Assembly: GCF_009834535.1 (NCBI RefSeq)
Contig: NC_045696.1
Coordinates: forward strand, 74,278,001-74,338,000
Source of the DNA: Camelus ferus
Lineage: Eukaryota
Direction: 5' to 3'
Length of the DNA: 60,000 bases
Position numbers and translations under genes: made by a program. Below are positions 25,319 to 38,600 of this stretch, one piece after another. The notes under the pieces are model-generated. The model worked only from the letters and a program-made list of their open reading frames with translations, ran no database searches and was not told the DNA's origin. Numbering within the stretch: the first letter of the stretch is position 1; the number at the start of each line of letters is the position of its first letter.

Positions 25319-26489
25319 GGTGACTAGCCTCATTTTAGATGTATCTACGGTCTAACATGGAATCAACAGCTGAGTTGTAGTGTTTGTCCATGATCTGCCA
25401 CTGCTTGGTGCTGCTAGGAAGAGTAAGTTGGCAGCATCCACACTGAGGATTTGTTAACTTTGTACACTGCAATTTACTTTTTGATGTACCATGCCACAAC
25501 TACTATTAAATTTTATACCATGGCAGGTAGTTATTTATTAGATAGGAAACTGCTCTCTTTAAAAGATATCTTTCACTCTTCTGCCACTTGGAAAGCACTG
25601 CAATTTAATTGAAAATTGGTTTAGTCAATCTGCCATGGGCTCCTGAGAGATAATTTGTGTGAATAACTACCACCGAGAGCTTCCCCCAGGAAAACCTTTC
25701 ATTAGTGCTGAGAACACTTTCTGATGATTCTAATAATTACCTTTCTTTGAGTTACTGGCTCTCCAGTATGGTTGTCATAAAGTGCTTTGCTGGTTTTCTT
25801 TCATGCTTCTTGCCTTTCTTTATAGCTCAAGATCCCACAAGAAAAGGAGAAAACTGTTTGGTCAGTACATAAGTGTCTATTAAGTACTGCTTTGCATGAA
25901 GTATTTATTGAAATGTTTACAAAACAAATGCTGAAAAATATTCTTCTAGAATGTAATAGGACATGGCCCCAATTCATTCTAGTAAGTCCCTAAAGGATTT
26001 TTCTCTGATATGATTGTTTTTATTACTGAAGTGAGGCCATGGGTTTGAGAAAGGCGAATTCTCAGATTGGAGTTAGGAGATCTGGGTTTGAATTATGGCT
26101 CTGCCTAAACTATAAAGTAAGTGAAGATAATAAAACCTATGCCTTTCCACAGATTATTATGCTATAATAATATAGTATAGAGAGTAAACCCAAGCTTTAT
26201 GCATGGCACATAGATAATGCTCGTACATGTTTATTGAATATGAATTAATGGTAAGGATTGAGTTAGACTTCCAACTTTCTTATATTTGCTATTTGAATGG
26301 CAAGAGTTCCCTAACACTATATTTGTTCATTCAGTTACTGAAATCAGGTGTGGTGCACTTCCATTTACTTGATGCTATAAAAGATGCTTGGATTGTAGAA
26401 AGAGGAAAAAAAGAAAGAAAAGACATATTAGTCTCTGTACTGATGAGTGGAAAGGCAAGGTATTTACATCATATTGAGTATTTACATCA

Positions 26490-26840
26490 TATTCAGTATA
26501 GTAAGAGAGGTGTGCACAAAGATCCCTGAAAGCATGAGGAAAGAGCCCTTAAATCTTCTTGAAGAAATCAGAAAACAGTGTTCACAGAGAGCACAGCACT
26601 TGAGCTGAGGCATGAGTAATAAGCAAGAGTTCTTCAGATGGAGAGAGTTGGAGCAAGAAGAGTAGAGACCTGCAGACAGAGAACAGAGTATATGCTAGGC
26701 AGGAGGGGAAATGGTGTGGTGATAGAATGGAAAGTAGAATAGTATGACTAGAAAAAGGCTGCATGAAGAAGAAAACCAAGAGGTGAGGGAATAGAGATCA
26801 TGATCTTTTTAGGAGTTTGAGCTTTATTTTCTAGACAAAA
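26490..26840 (-). mobile_element. L2 fragment
   Basis: Purine-rich antisense L2 motifs 'cttgagctgaggcatgag', 'aggagtttgagctttattttctag'. Confidence 0.55.
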
Positions 26841-26859
26841 ATGTCAGAATCACTTGCAG

Positions 26860-27301
26860 ATTAGCTAGTAGCTTAGCTCAGAGTTGCTTATGAAGTTGAA
26901 AATCAAGGTGTTGATCAGAGCTGCTGTCATCTGAAGGTTCGACTGGGGCTAGAGAGTCTCCTTCCAAGATGGCTCACTCACATGGTTATTGGCAGGGAGA
27001 CTCAGTTCATTGTCACATGGGCCTCGCTCTAGTGCTACTTGAGTGTCTTCATGACATGGTAGCTGGCTTCACTTAGAGCAAGAATCTTGTGTTTATATTC
27101 AAGCCAGAGAGAGCAAGGAGTAGGCCACCAAGCTATTTATGACCTGGTCTCAGATGACGCACAATGACACATCCATCATATCCTATTAGTTATGAGTACA
27201 TCACTATGTCCTGTCCATACTCAAAGGGAAGAGAATGAGGCTCCCCTTTTGAAAGGAGGAGTGCTGAAGAATTTCTGGAGAATATTTTTGAAATCACCAC
27301 A
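26860..27301 (-). mobile_element. MaLR MLT1-type LTR
   Basis: 'gctgctgtcatctgaaggttcgactggggct...ccttccaagatggctcactcacatgg'; ends 'aaatcaccaca'. Confidence 0.8.
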
Positions 27302-27870
27302 GGTGGAGATCTTGTTACCCATTTACACATCTGCTATGCACAGTTTGGCTGCTTGGAAACTTGCTTGCTCAAGTTTCACTTCATAGATTTCTTGTGACCA
27401 TGCCTATGAAGATGCCCCCCAACATTGCTTTGGGTACCACTCCCCAGATGGAAGCTATTCTTGTTATATCCATCTCCCACTTCACTCTTTAATTCCTCAG
27501 ACACATTAGTGCCTGGTCAAATCTCAAGATATGACAAATATCCTCCAAATCTCTTCAGTGAAGCCTTGGGAAAAGAAAGGGCTATGAAGGATGTTGAGTA
27601 CGTTCAGATCCAGCCCATGAATTGCAATTATTAGGCTCTTGATAGCTGTGTAAGAGGGAAGGGAAGACTTTTCCAGTGTTGATAGCTGTTAAGTCATTAT
27701 CTAATTCCAGACATTTATAATTCTCTGTTCTAAACACCAGTTAAAGCATGACTTAAAGGTGTTCTCCTGAGGTCTTTTCTTTAACCAGTTTGCAGATTTG
27801 TTTCACTAAGACATCTTTAAAATATGTGGCCATAGTTGTTCTGTTTCCTGTTATCATTATCCATATAGAA

Positions 27871-28358
27871 TGTGTTTTAGTTCTGTTGCTTCTGAAGCAC
27901 AGCCAGACACAAGAACAAAAGTCCAAACCTTTATTTAGGCAGTGGTCTCAAGAATCAAAAATGAAGGAGTGGTGAGAGTGAAATGGGAAAGAGAAAAAGT
28001 CAATATAAGAGTGTTTTTCGAAGTTACTGTTGGGAGCACTAGGATCTCAACTTTACTGGGTGTGAAACATGTACAGAATACTTCCCAGAATTTTCCAGCC
28101 AAAGGACAGGAAGCTGGCCATTTATCCTCTGGCTCCAATTGGTTGAGAGCAGCCCAAGTTGTTCAGTATTCTGTATTTCTGGATTGTCCTTCTGAGTGGC
28201 TAAGTGGACTTCTGCAGCTTTGGAAAAGGCATGAAAATTCCTAGTGGGATGCTATCCATGTGCTTCTGAGTTCACATGTAGCTGTCCACTGCAGCTGCTG
28301 CTGAAACCAGAGATGGGCTGAAGGGATGTGAGGCAGAACAACAAAAGCCCATGATACA
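27871..28358 (-). mobile_element. ERVL LTR16-like solo LTR
   Basis: 'tgtgttttagttctg...tttatttaggcagtggtctcaagaa' and end 'gggctgaagggatgtgaggcag...gataca'. Confidence 0.55.
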
Positions 28359-31069
28359 ACTTGTAAATGAGCTCTGAAGGCAACACTTCAAGGGATATCT
28401 TTATCCTACAGATGTTAAAACAATCTCTAGGACAAGGACTTTGCCCCTTGAGGTAATTGCTCCAAAAGAGTAAGATTTATTTGGATCTATAAGTTCTGAT
28501 GTTTATTTATTGTTTTGAAGGGGTTTACTATCACAGCTCCTATGGAGGGCAGCACAAATCAGAATTGTAAAGTAGAGCAAATATATATATATATATATTT
28601 TTTTAAACACTTTTAAATTTACATAAAAATTGAGCAGACAGTACAGAGAATCACTATGTACTCCCAACCCCCATTCGAAGTTTCCTCTATTTTCAACATC
28701 TACCTTTGGTACATTTGTTATAACTAATGAACCAATGTCAATACTTTATTATTAGCTAAAGTCCATAGTTTACTGCCAGGTTAACTCTTGTGTAGTACAC
28801 TTCTGTGGGTTTTGAAAAATAGATAGTATCCTATATCCATCTTTACAGTGTCACACAGAATAGGTTCACTGCCTTAAATATCCTCTCTGTTCTTCAACTA
28901 ATTATCCCACTTCCCTTCCCCAAGTCCCTGGAAACCACTGATCGTTTTATAATCTCTATAGTTCTACCTTTTCCAGAATATCATATAGTTGGAGTCATAA
29001 AGAACGTAGCCTTTTTAGACTGACTTCTTTCACTTAGTAATATGCATTTAAGTTTCCTCTATTTCTTTTTGTGGCTTGATAGCTCATTTCTTTTTATCAC
29101 TAATTAATATTCCATTGTATGGATGTACCATTGTGGGCATTTATCTGTTCACCTGTTGAAAGACATCTTGGTTGCTTTGGATTTGGGGCAATTATGAATA
29201 AAGCTTCTGTAAATATTTATTTTCAGGGTTTTGTGTGGACATAAGTTTTTGTCTCCTTTGGGTAAACACCCATGAGTGCAATTGCTGGACCATATAGTAA
29301 GCCTATGTTTAGCTTTGTAAGAAACTGTCAAACTATCTTCCTAAGTGCTAACCATTCTGCATTCCCTCCAGCAATGAATGAGAGTTCCCCTTGCTCCATA
29401 TCCTTACCAGCATTCGGTGTTGTCACTGTTTTGGAATTAGAGGTGGTACCCCATTATTGTTTCAATTTGCAATTCCCTGATGGCATATGATGTTGAGAAT
29501 GTTTTCATATATCTTCTCTCTTTTTTCTAGTTAGATTGACTAAGGTTTATCAGTTTTGTTGGTCTTTTCAGAGAAGCAGATTCAAGTTCATTGATTTCTG
29601 GTTTTCAACTTCATTGATTCATTCTAATTTTTATCATTTATTTTTTCTGCTTGCTTTCCCTTAAACTACTTTTCTTACTCTAGTTTCTTAATGTGAAAAT
29701 TTAGATTTTCATTTTAAATCTTTCTTCTTTTTAGTATATTCATTTAATGCCATAAAGTTCCCTACAAGCACTACTTCTGCTATTTCTCATAATTTTTTTA
29801 ACATTTTTAATTGATTTATAATCATTTTACAATGTTGTGTCATATTTCCCACAATTTTGATACATAATTTGAAATATTTTTTTCAATTTCCCTTGCAATT
29901 TCTTTCACCTACTTGTTATTTATAAGTGTATAGTTTAATCTCCAATTATCTTGGAATTCTCCAGCTATCTTTCTGTTATTGATGTCTAGCTTAATTCCAT
30001 TGTGGTCTGAGAGCATATTTTATATGATTTCTGTTCTTTTTAATTTGTTAACATGTGTTTTATGGTCAAGAATGTAGTTTATCTTGATGAATGGTCCCTG
30101 TGAGTTTGAGAAGAGTATGTAGTCTGCTGTTGTATGAAGTCCTCTGTAAATGTCAGTCTGATCCACTTGATTGATGATGCTGTTCGATTCAACTATATTC
30201 TTACTGCTTTTTTCTGCCCACAGGATCTGTCAATTACAGGTGTAGAGGTGTTGAAGTCCTTAGCTACAATGGTGGATTTATATGTGTATCCTTGCAGTTC
30301 TATTGGGTTTTGCCTCATGTATTTTGATTCTGTGTTAATGAATCACTTTAAGGATTGTAATATCTTAAGGTTTGACCCCTTCATCATTATGTAATACCCC
30401 TCTTTATCTAATCAATATTTTTGTTCTGAAGTCCATATTATCCGAAATTAACTATTCCAGCTTTCATTTGATTGGTGGTAACATGGTGTATTTTTCTCCA
30501 TTCCTTTACTTTTAATCTACTTGTGTATTTCTATCTAAAAGTGGATTTCTTGTAGACAACATATAGTTGGTATTGTTTTTTAATCTATTTTAACAATCTC
30601 CATCTTTTAATTAGTGTATTTATGCCATTCATATTTTAATTAATTATTGATATAGTTGGATTAATATCTATAATGTTTGTAGCTCTTTTCTATCCTTTCC
30701 ATTCTTTTTTGTTTCTTGTCTTCCCCTCTTTTACTGCCTTCTATCATTTTAATTGAACTTTTTATATTATTCTATTTTCTCTCCTCCTTTAGCATGCCAA
30801 TTATATTTCTTTAAACCTTTTTAGAGGTGCCCTAGAATTTGCAATATACATTTACAAGTAACGTAATTTGTAATCTACTTTCAAGTAACACGTTACCACT
30901 TCATGGATAATGCAGCTACCTTATAACAGGGTATTCCCAGTTCTTCACAGCCATCTCTTACAACATTGCTGTCATTCATTATATCTATCCATATGCTATA
31001 ATCATGCAAAACATGGTTCCTATCATTGCTCTGAATTAATAGTAATCTATTAGATCAGTTATGAATTAG

Positions 31070-31103
31070 AAAGTTGTATGTCGATTATACCTAAAAAAAA
31101 AAA
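31070..31103 (+). mobile_element. Extremely truncated L1 3' tip with poly(A)
   Basis: 'gttgtatgtcgattatacct'+A-run flanked by TSD gaattag (31063-31069, 31104-31110). Confidence 0.6.
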
Positions 31104-31884
31104 GAATTAGGAAAATAAAATATTTTAATTTTACTTTATTTCTTCTCTGATGTTCTTTTCTTTATGTTGATCTGAGTTTCTCCCCACATTTTGTTGCTTC
31201 TCTCTGAAGAACTTTTAATAATTCTTGCAAGGTTTTAATAATGTTTTCAGGGTAAAATGAATTCCCTTAGTTTTTGTTTGTCTGATAAGTCTTTGTTTTT
31301 CTTTCACCTTTGAATGTTGATTTCACTGGATATGGTCTTTTATACAGTTTTTCTTTAAATACTTTAAATATTTCACTCCCCTCCCATCTTATTTTCATAC
31401 CTTTTGACTAGAAGTCTGATGTCATTCTTATTTTTGTTCCTTATAGATAAAATGTTATTTTGCTCTGGCTTCTTTCAAGATTTTCTCTTTGTTTTTTATT
31501 GTCTGAAGTTTGAATATATCTAGTTGCAGTTATTTATTGGCACTTGTTTGGTATTCTGTAAGCTTCCTGAATCTGTCATTAGTTTTGAAAAATTTACAGC
31601 CATTATCACTTCAAACAATTCTGTTCCTTTTTCTCTTTCCTCCTCTTCTCATAACATCTATTCTAGCCGTTTCCTAATTGTCCCACAGTTCTTGAATATT
31701 CTGGTTCATATTTTTTTAATTCTTTCTTTCTCTGCATTTCAGTTTGGGAAATTTCTACTGACATATCTTTGAGATCACCAATTTTTCCTTTGGAGTGTCC
31801 AGTCTCCTAATGAGCCCATTAAAGGTGTTTTTCATTTTGTCCAGTTTCTATTTTCTAGAATTTACTTTTTTACATTAGTAAGCT

Positions 31885-32025
31885 CTTGTTTATTGAAGTA
31901 TGGTTGTTGTACAATATTATATAAATTACACATTACAATACAGTGATTCACAATCTTTGAGGGTTATACTCTATAGTTATTACAAAATATTATCTATATT
32001 CCCTGTGTTGTATAAAATATCCTTG
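31885..32025 (-). mobile_element. Younger L1 3' end fragment nested in old L1
   Basis: 'tttattgaagtatggttg...caatacagtgattcacaat...tatattccctgtgttgta'. Confidence 0.7.
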
Positions 32026-32733
32026 ATTCTTTCTTAGAGATTCCATCTCTCTGCCAACATTATTTATCTGTTCTTACATCTATTTGTGATCTACTTTTTT
32101 CATTAGCATCTTTAATATATTATAGTTATTTTAAAGTCCCTACCTAATAATCCTAAGATCTGTGCCATATCTGAATCTGGTTCTGATGCTTGCTTTGTCT
32201 CTTCAGAATACATCTTTCCTTGTCTTTTAGCACGTCTGGTAATTTTTTGGTGAAAGCCAGACATGATGCATTAAGCAAAAGGAACAGAGGTAATTAGACT
32301 TTTGGTGTGAGGTTGTATGATAATCTACCAAGAAGGTAGGCTGTGTTTAACGTTTGCTATATCTGTAGGTGCCAGAGGCTTCCTTTCCTCTAGTTTTCAA
32401 TGTGTGTTTGTTTTTTTACTCCCCTTTGTTTTTGTGCTTAACTAAGACCTCCTTAAATTCAGTTTGTGACCTATAGTTCTCTCAATTGTAGTCCACCGAT
32501 ATTATACTGGAGTCCTGCTGATGTGATGGTGAGGTATTATGGAGGGGACATTTTCCATAATCTTATGATAAAAGCTCATTTTTTCAGTGAACCTAAATTC
32601 TTGGGCTTTAGTAGTACTTCTTAGTCTTTTCTTTTCCCCCCTCCTCTTACTTGTGGTGGGAAGTCTAGAGGGAAACTGGATCTGGCCAGTTGCTCCTCTT
32701 TTAGGTCAGATAAGACTCTGATAATGTAGTTTC

Positions 32734-32902
32734 AGGGGGGAGAGTATGTCTCAAGTGGTTGAGCACATGATTAGCATACACAAGGTCCTGGGTTCAATCC
32801 CCATATCTCCTCTAAAAATAAATAAGTAAACCTAACTACCTCCCCCACTAAAGTAAAATAAGTTTAAAATAATAATAATAATAATGGTGATGATGATGAT
32901 GA
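32734..32902 (+). mobile_element. tRNA-derived camelid SINE (Vic-1-like)
   Basis: tRNA-like head with box A-like 'tatgtctcaagtgg' and box B 'ggttcaatcc'; 'aaataaataagtaaacctaactacctccccc' body; 15-bp TSD tgataatgtagtttc at 32719-32733 and 32903-32917. Confidence 0.9.
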
Positions 32903-35459
32903 TGATAATGTAGTTTCCCTTGAAGGGCAGGCTTTTATTATGGAGGCACTCTGGGCGTATTTCAAAATGGTTACTTTTCCCCTCCCCCTGCTCTCTGGAA
33001 TTATTCTCTCATCTTCAAGATAAGAACCTGGTGAGATTTCTGGAGATAAAACCCAAGAAAGTGTGGCGTCTCCCTAAGACTGGGCCTCTAGGAGTACTTA
33101 ACTCTCGAGCTAGTTCATGCCCAGTCTCCAGAAATTCATCAAGATTCCCATGCAAGTGTTCCTACCCGTTTATACTTCAGTGGCTTCTGCTTCAGGTAAA
33201 CTGATCTCAGCTGTGATTCTCTGTATTCACCAGTCTCTCCAGATTTTAGGGTAACAATTTGCTCTATAACCTCAATTATTTAATGGATCTAAGAGAAGTC
33301 ATTGCTTTTCAGCCTGTTCAGTGTTTTTCTTGTTGTGAGGATGGAAATGACAACTTCCAAACTCTTTACATGCCAGAGCTCGAAAAACATATTTTAATAC
33401 CTTTATTGAGTTATATTCTACATATTATAAAATTCATGTATTTCAAGTGTACAATTCAGTGATTTTTAGCAACTTTACTGAGTAGAGTAACCATCGCCAT
33501 AAGTCAGTTTTAGAGCATTTTCACCTCCCAAGTTGGGGAATATATGCTTTTGATATCCCAGTGGCCCCCTAAATAACTCTCCCACATGCCCAGGCCTAAA
33601 TGCCTTTTCTGCTATTCCCCCAGCATTTTATTATATCTGGTAAAATGCTATCTGCCGGAACTCTTCTGATTTCCAGCCTTGTTTACCTCAAAGATTGGAT
33701 TTGGAGTTTGAGACCCCCACATTGCCACTTACTTTTTTTTTATCACCTTAGGCAATTCATTTAAACTTTAGAGGATTTCCTGAGAAAAGAAAGCAGAAAT
33801 TATTTATCTTGATATTCCCTGCAACTAGCAAAATAGCGGGCACATAGGTGCTGATCAGTAAGTATTTGTGAATGAATGAATCTGGAATTGGTTTCAAAAT
33901 TTATGAAATGGTGGGATTGGATAAGATTAGGAGGTGTGTTCATGGATCTAGGCACACAGTTTTGAGGAGTACAGGAACACCTTGATACTGTCTGAAAATT
34001 TTTGTTGGTATAGCCTTTATGAAATTTCGAAGGGTTCAAAGCCCGAAGGGGTGAAGAACAATGGACTGGATAATATCAAAAGACTGTTCCAACTCAAACA
34101 TTCTGTCAATCAGTGTATACTGTACTTCCTGTTCCTAACTTGGGATTTTTATATACCAGATGTTGTGCAACTGAGAGCCTTTTGGCATTTGACTCGTTAC
34201 TAATAAGATTTCTTATTATACCACACACCTGAATTTATACAAGCACTGGTAAAAGCTGGATTCCACACTGCTTAGGCACGAAGGTCACAAGGTGTCAGTT
34301 TCTCTAAATCTAAATCTTGGAATCTAACCACCCCTAGTTGACCAATGAAAAGAAGGAGGTTGAGGGGCTGAAAGGAAAAGAAATAACTAGGTTTGTAAAT
34401 CAAACCCTGGCTTAACTTATCCAAATAGCTGCATGTGTGGATAAGGTAGAATTATGTTTGGTTTGCCTAGCCAGCCCCAAAGAGACAGGCTCTGTTTAGA
34501 CCTGCTTATCACTTTAAAACAGGAAACAGGAAGTAGAACACAGGTTCATCACTTAAAAGACCATGATAAATTAGGTTGCAACTATTCATTCTCTTAGAGG
34601 GCGAGCAGGTAGGTGAACTAAGAAGAGGATGGACAAAAGAGGCAGGTCTGATGTGGAGAGAAGGGGCTGAAAATTTCCCTCCCTCTTATGCTTGGACATT
34701 GGAACTTACTTTTAAAGGCTGTCATTCATCACTCAAGCATGATTTTGCCTTGAGCGTGACTTCAATTTGATAAATGCTTTGTTGTTCTAGCAAATGCTTT
34801 GTTGTTCTTGCTGTACATAATCTTTCCTTAGGCCAACATGTCTTCACTCAGCCATTCAGTCATTGCTAACAGCTATACTCTTGATACGTTGACTTTATAC
34901 TTAATCGTTTTTTTACTCACTCCACACACACACACACAAAATTAATAAAATATATTTTTACTAGTAGGTAGTAAATAAATTTTTATTAAGTGAATGGATA
35001 AATGCATAAATGAATCGTTACTGGCTTAAAGCATTTAGTTTGATGGTGTGATATGTATATTTAAATACTTAAATTATTATTTTTCTTCCTTACTCCCAAA
35101 CTATACATGGTAAGATATAGAGTAACAGGGGGACAGAACAGAGGAAGATATATTTGGGGATGAGAAGAAATTTTCGTTGCCTGGGCCCTCAAATACTGTG
35201 AACCATGAATAGGTTTTATCTCATGGATCATCACCATAGTCTGGTAAAAACAGGTAGAGTATGATTATATTTATTTTCAGAGGAGGTAAAACTAAGTGAA
35301 AGTAATGGACTTACCCAAGTTCAAAGAGCCAATAATGATACAGCCATGCCAGAAATCCAATGCCAACTCTAATTTAGCACAGAACCAGCCTGCATTTTAC
35401 CCAGAGCCTGCTCGGACTGAATGTAAAGTTACATCCACAGGGTAGGCCCAGGCTGACCC

Positions 35460-35999
35460 TGAAGGGAAGCAGAATTTGTCACCCCAAAATGGGGCTTTTT
35501 GACATATTGATTATTTTAAGCTGGTTATTTTTAAGAAACTGCAGACAAAGAAGAAACTCTGAAAACTGGGTAAAAGCTACCCTTTTGTAAGAGACATTTA
35601 TGTTTATAAGAGAAATCTCCATTTATAAGGGCATCTTCCTCTCCCTACCAGGAAGAGGATAACTCAAAATCTCTAGAAACTCTTATCAGTGGAGAGGCAA
35701 GGATTTAAATCTCTGTACAAACTTACCCTTGTTCTAACTGTGATTTTCCTGGTCACCTCCCATAACTGACTCCTCACCCCTAACATGTTCTTTTGTCTTT
35801 AGCTGAAGGTGGTAATTAAGGTGATGGTTGGCCATTTGGGGGAGTTACTTTCCCTGGATCTCTCCCATGTATACAGGAGGTATACATGTTATTAAAATTT
35901 TGGGGTTTTTTTTTTCTTTTAATCTGTCTTATATCAGTTTAATTATTAGACCGGCTAAAGAACCTAGAAGGGTAGAAGGAAAAATTTTCTGCCCCTATA
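35460..35999 (+). mobile_element. Solo ERV1 LTR, MER34-like
   Basis: Start 'tgaagggaagcagaatttgtcaccccaaaat', end 'aaaattttctgcccctata'; near-TSD accc/gccc; homologous to the LTR at 8359-8883. Confidence 0.8.
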
Positions 36000-36464
36000 G
36001 CCCACAGAAATAAAGCAGAAGAGAGGTGTTCCTTAATTCCTGGCTGCATTGTAGCCCATTTCTAAGGGCTCAGCTGAGATATGGTGGTGGCAAACAACGA
36101 CTTCTGACTGATGTGTTTTATGCTAAAAAGTCCTGCAAAACAGCTGGAAGTTTATTCTCATTAGTAAGAAAAGCACTTAGCTGCTGAACCCACAACTACA
36201 CCTCATTTTCATTTGCCATTCTTAATTAAGATTGACTTGTTAGTAGTCTCTAAAGACAACAGTACAGTAAGAGGTGGTTTCTGAAATGATCTTACTCATA
36301 AATGGATAAGTCGTTAGTATTCTAGGAGAGCTTTCTACCCATCTGTATGACTAGAGCAGGAGGACTAGGACACAGAAAAGAAGTTGGTGAGAACCTCTTC
36401 CCTAGCAAAAATCATGGGTTATTTTCCTTGATAAATCAGGACCAAATACCTAGGCCAATATTTA

Positions 36465-36610
36465 TCAAATTGTAGAATCACCTGGGGCACTTTTTAAAAA
36501 TGCAAATTCCAGGTAACCCTCTCTAGAGATTCTGATCACATAGTTCTTGGAGCATGGATGGAAAAAACCCGCATTATTAACAAGCACTACAGTTGATACT
36601 GAGCCAGGTG
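36465..36610. mobile_element. MER5A-like hAT-Charlie element
   Basis: 'tagaatcacctggggcactttttaaaaatgcaaattccagg...agagattctgat'. Confidence 0.7.
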
Positions 36611-37290
36611 CTTGAGCCATGCCTGATAGGGACTGGCCAAATCTATAAAAAGAGAAGTCAGTGTTCATCTAAATAACAACAGGCTTACAAATAATATGAA
36701 GTTATATTCAACAGAGAAGATATAGATGCAATCATATTAATATCTCTAAAGCTCTCTATTTCACAGGAGCACAGTGGTAAAACAAAGGCAGGGTCAATTT
36801 TTTGCCTAGAAAATTTGAGGAGGAACCATAAGCTTTCTTTTTTAACAATATTTCCACAACTTGACTTCCACAGTTCTGTGCAATTCAATTAATTAAATAC
36901 TTTTGCAGCACCTACCACGTGCTGCTACCTAAATCTCTGCCCTCCATCAGGCCTAGTAAAGGAGATGGATACAGAATTGTATAAATAACTTCAATTCAGA
37001 GAAGAACATGATCACTGAAAACTAACGTAATAGACTAACAAAGATGCCTGAAAATTTCAATTATTAGACTAAGTCCTTGTAGCCTGCTTTAGAGATGAGC
37101 TCCCTGAAAGAACTAACACAAATTGGCATTGTCCCTGGTATACATGTGTTCAGTAAATCAGACAGATAAACAGAATTGGCTGTCTAATTAACTGGATAAC
37201 TCATCACAAATTATCTTGGTAAATTGGTTTTCAATTCTTTACTTTCAGGGCAGCCCTTGTACAAGCCATATATATTATGGGACCACTTAC

Positions 37291-37367
37291 CTCCATATAT
37301 ACACAACCCCTGCACACACTTGCCAGAAGTGGTCTCTGAGGGCTTCTGGAGAACACTGTGAAAACCA
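37291..37367 (-). other. Candidate 77-nt internal exon, minus strand
   Basis: About 30-nt polypyrimidine tract + gatag|TGG; donor GAG|GTAAGT; all three frames open. Confidence 0.4.
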
Positions 37368-37664
37368 CTATCAAGAAAGGAGAGAAAAAAGAACAGAAAA
37401 AGAAGTGGGGAGAAAGAATAGAACGCATGGGGAAAGTTGGTAGAAATATATCCAAACATGTTAGTAATTGCATTTAATAAAAATAGACTCCCCTCTGCTT
37501 CCAGCCAAAATGTAAGAGGAGGACCAGGTTTATTTTATCTACCTTGCATATTTAGGGAACCAGAAAAAAAATGCATGAAACCATGGTTTTCAGACTTTGA
37601 ACAAAGCAGCATAGGACTGTGATCCTATGAGGAGGAAAGCAAGCACTCTTGTACCAGATCCCTG

Positions 37665-38600
37665 CCTAGGTGGTCTCCATGCTGCCTGTTGCACAAAGAG
37701 AGGGAACCCAGACAGAGCCCTCTGATTCTGCTGAGTTAGGGAGGCAGAGTTTGAAGTTTGAAGAGAACTCAGTGGCTAGAATTTGATGGAAAGAGCATCT
37801 AAGAAGAGAGGGCAGGACAGGAAAGCGAGACTTGCAGAGGGGGCCCCTTGAGTCTGGCTGAGTAGTGCTGTGCACACATGAGAGGGAAAGAGAGTGTGGT
37901 AAGAGGACCCACAAGTTGAGGCCACTTGGCAATATGTAAAAGAGCCATGAAATTGTCATGTACTTTGACCCAGGAATCCTACTTCTGACAAATGTCATAT
38001 ACATCTACATGTCTACAGCTGCATTATTTATAATGGAGAAACACTGAAAAGAAATCTGTCCAAAAATTAATAATAGTCATGTAAACTGTGTTATATAAAC
38101 TATATGATAACCTGGGGCTCTTGAACCCAAAGAATCCATGAATCTTACTGCTGTACAATAAATTTTGAGGATCTATATGGGGCTGAGGGGTGCATTCCAA
38201 AGGAATCTGTTGTTTGTTTGTTTGTTTTTCAATGTTGTTGCCTGGGCTCACTTCTGAATTTCTGAGACTGAGACTCAGACAGCAGACTTTCAATAGTCCC
38301 CATGTTATCCTGGAGCACACTGAGGGATGAGAATCACTTGGAGTAGAAACTTTCATCCAATTTTCAAAGGGATTTTCATCTAAAATACAAGAATTAGTTT
38401 TATAGATAAAATAGTAATGCAGTCATTAAAGCTGCTTATTACAAGTATTATTTTTAAAACATGAGAAAATACTTGTCATGTTGGAAAAAGTACAGTGCTA
38501 AACTGTATGTATACTGCAATTACAGTCACATGAAGAATGTATATTAAGGTGAAATACCAGAAGGCAATATGACAAAATGTTGCAAAGAATGGTTTTAGTA
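37665..38600 (+). mobile_element. Fragmented old L1 (5'UTR piece and 3' pieces) interrupted by a MER5-like fragment (about 38180-38345)
   Basis: 'gagggaacccagacagagccc...gggaggcagagtttgaagttt'; 'tactttgacccaggaatcctacttct'. Confidence 0.55.

Larger units (their letters stand above)
28600..33530 (-). mobile_element. Composite old L1 (3'UTR about 28600-29500; ORF2/ORF1/5'UTR remnants about 29520-33390) carrying younger insertions
   Basis: Antisense motifs 'gactgacttctttcacttagtaatatgcattt', 'ttaattccattgtggtctgagag', 'tggatttcttgtagacaacatatagttgg'. Confidence 0.85.

Noticed and set aside
32735..32810. Possible tRNA gene
   Set aside because: It is the tRNA-derived head of a SINE, with SINE body, A-tail and TSD
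8359..35999. Two MER34-like LTRs as ends of one provirus
   Set aside because: 27 kb apart, each has its own TSD, clearly diverged from each other, and no gag/pol sequence between them
36296..36364. Minus-strand exon-like segment with strong acceptor
   Set aside because: Stop codons in all three frames and a mediocre donor; likely pseudoexon
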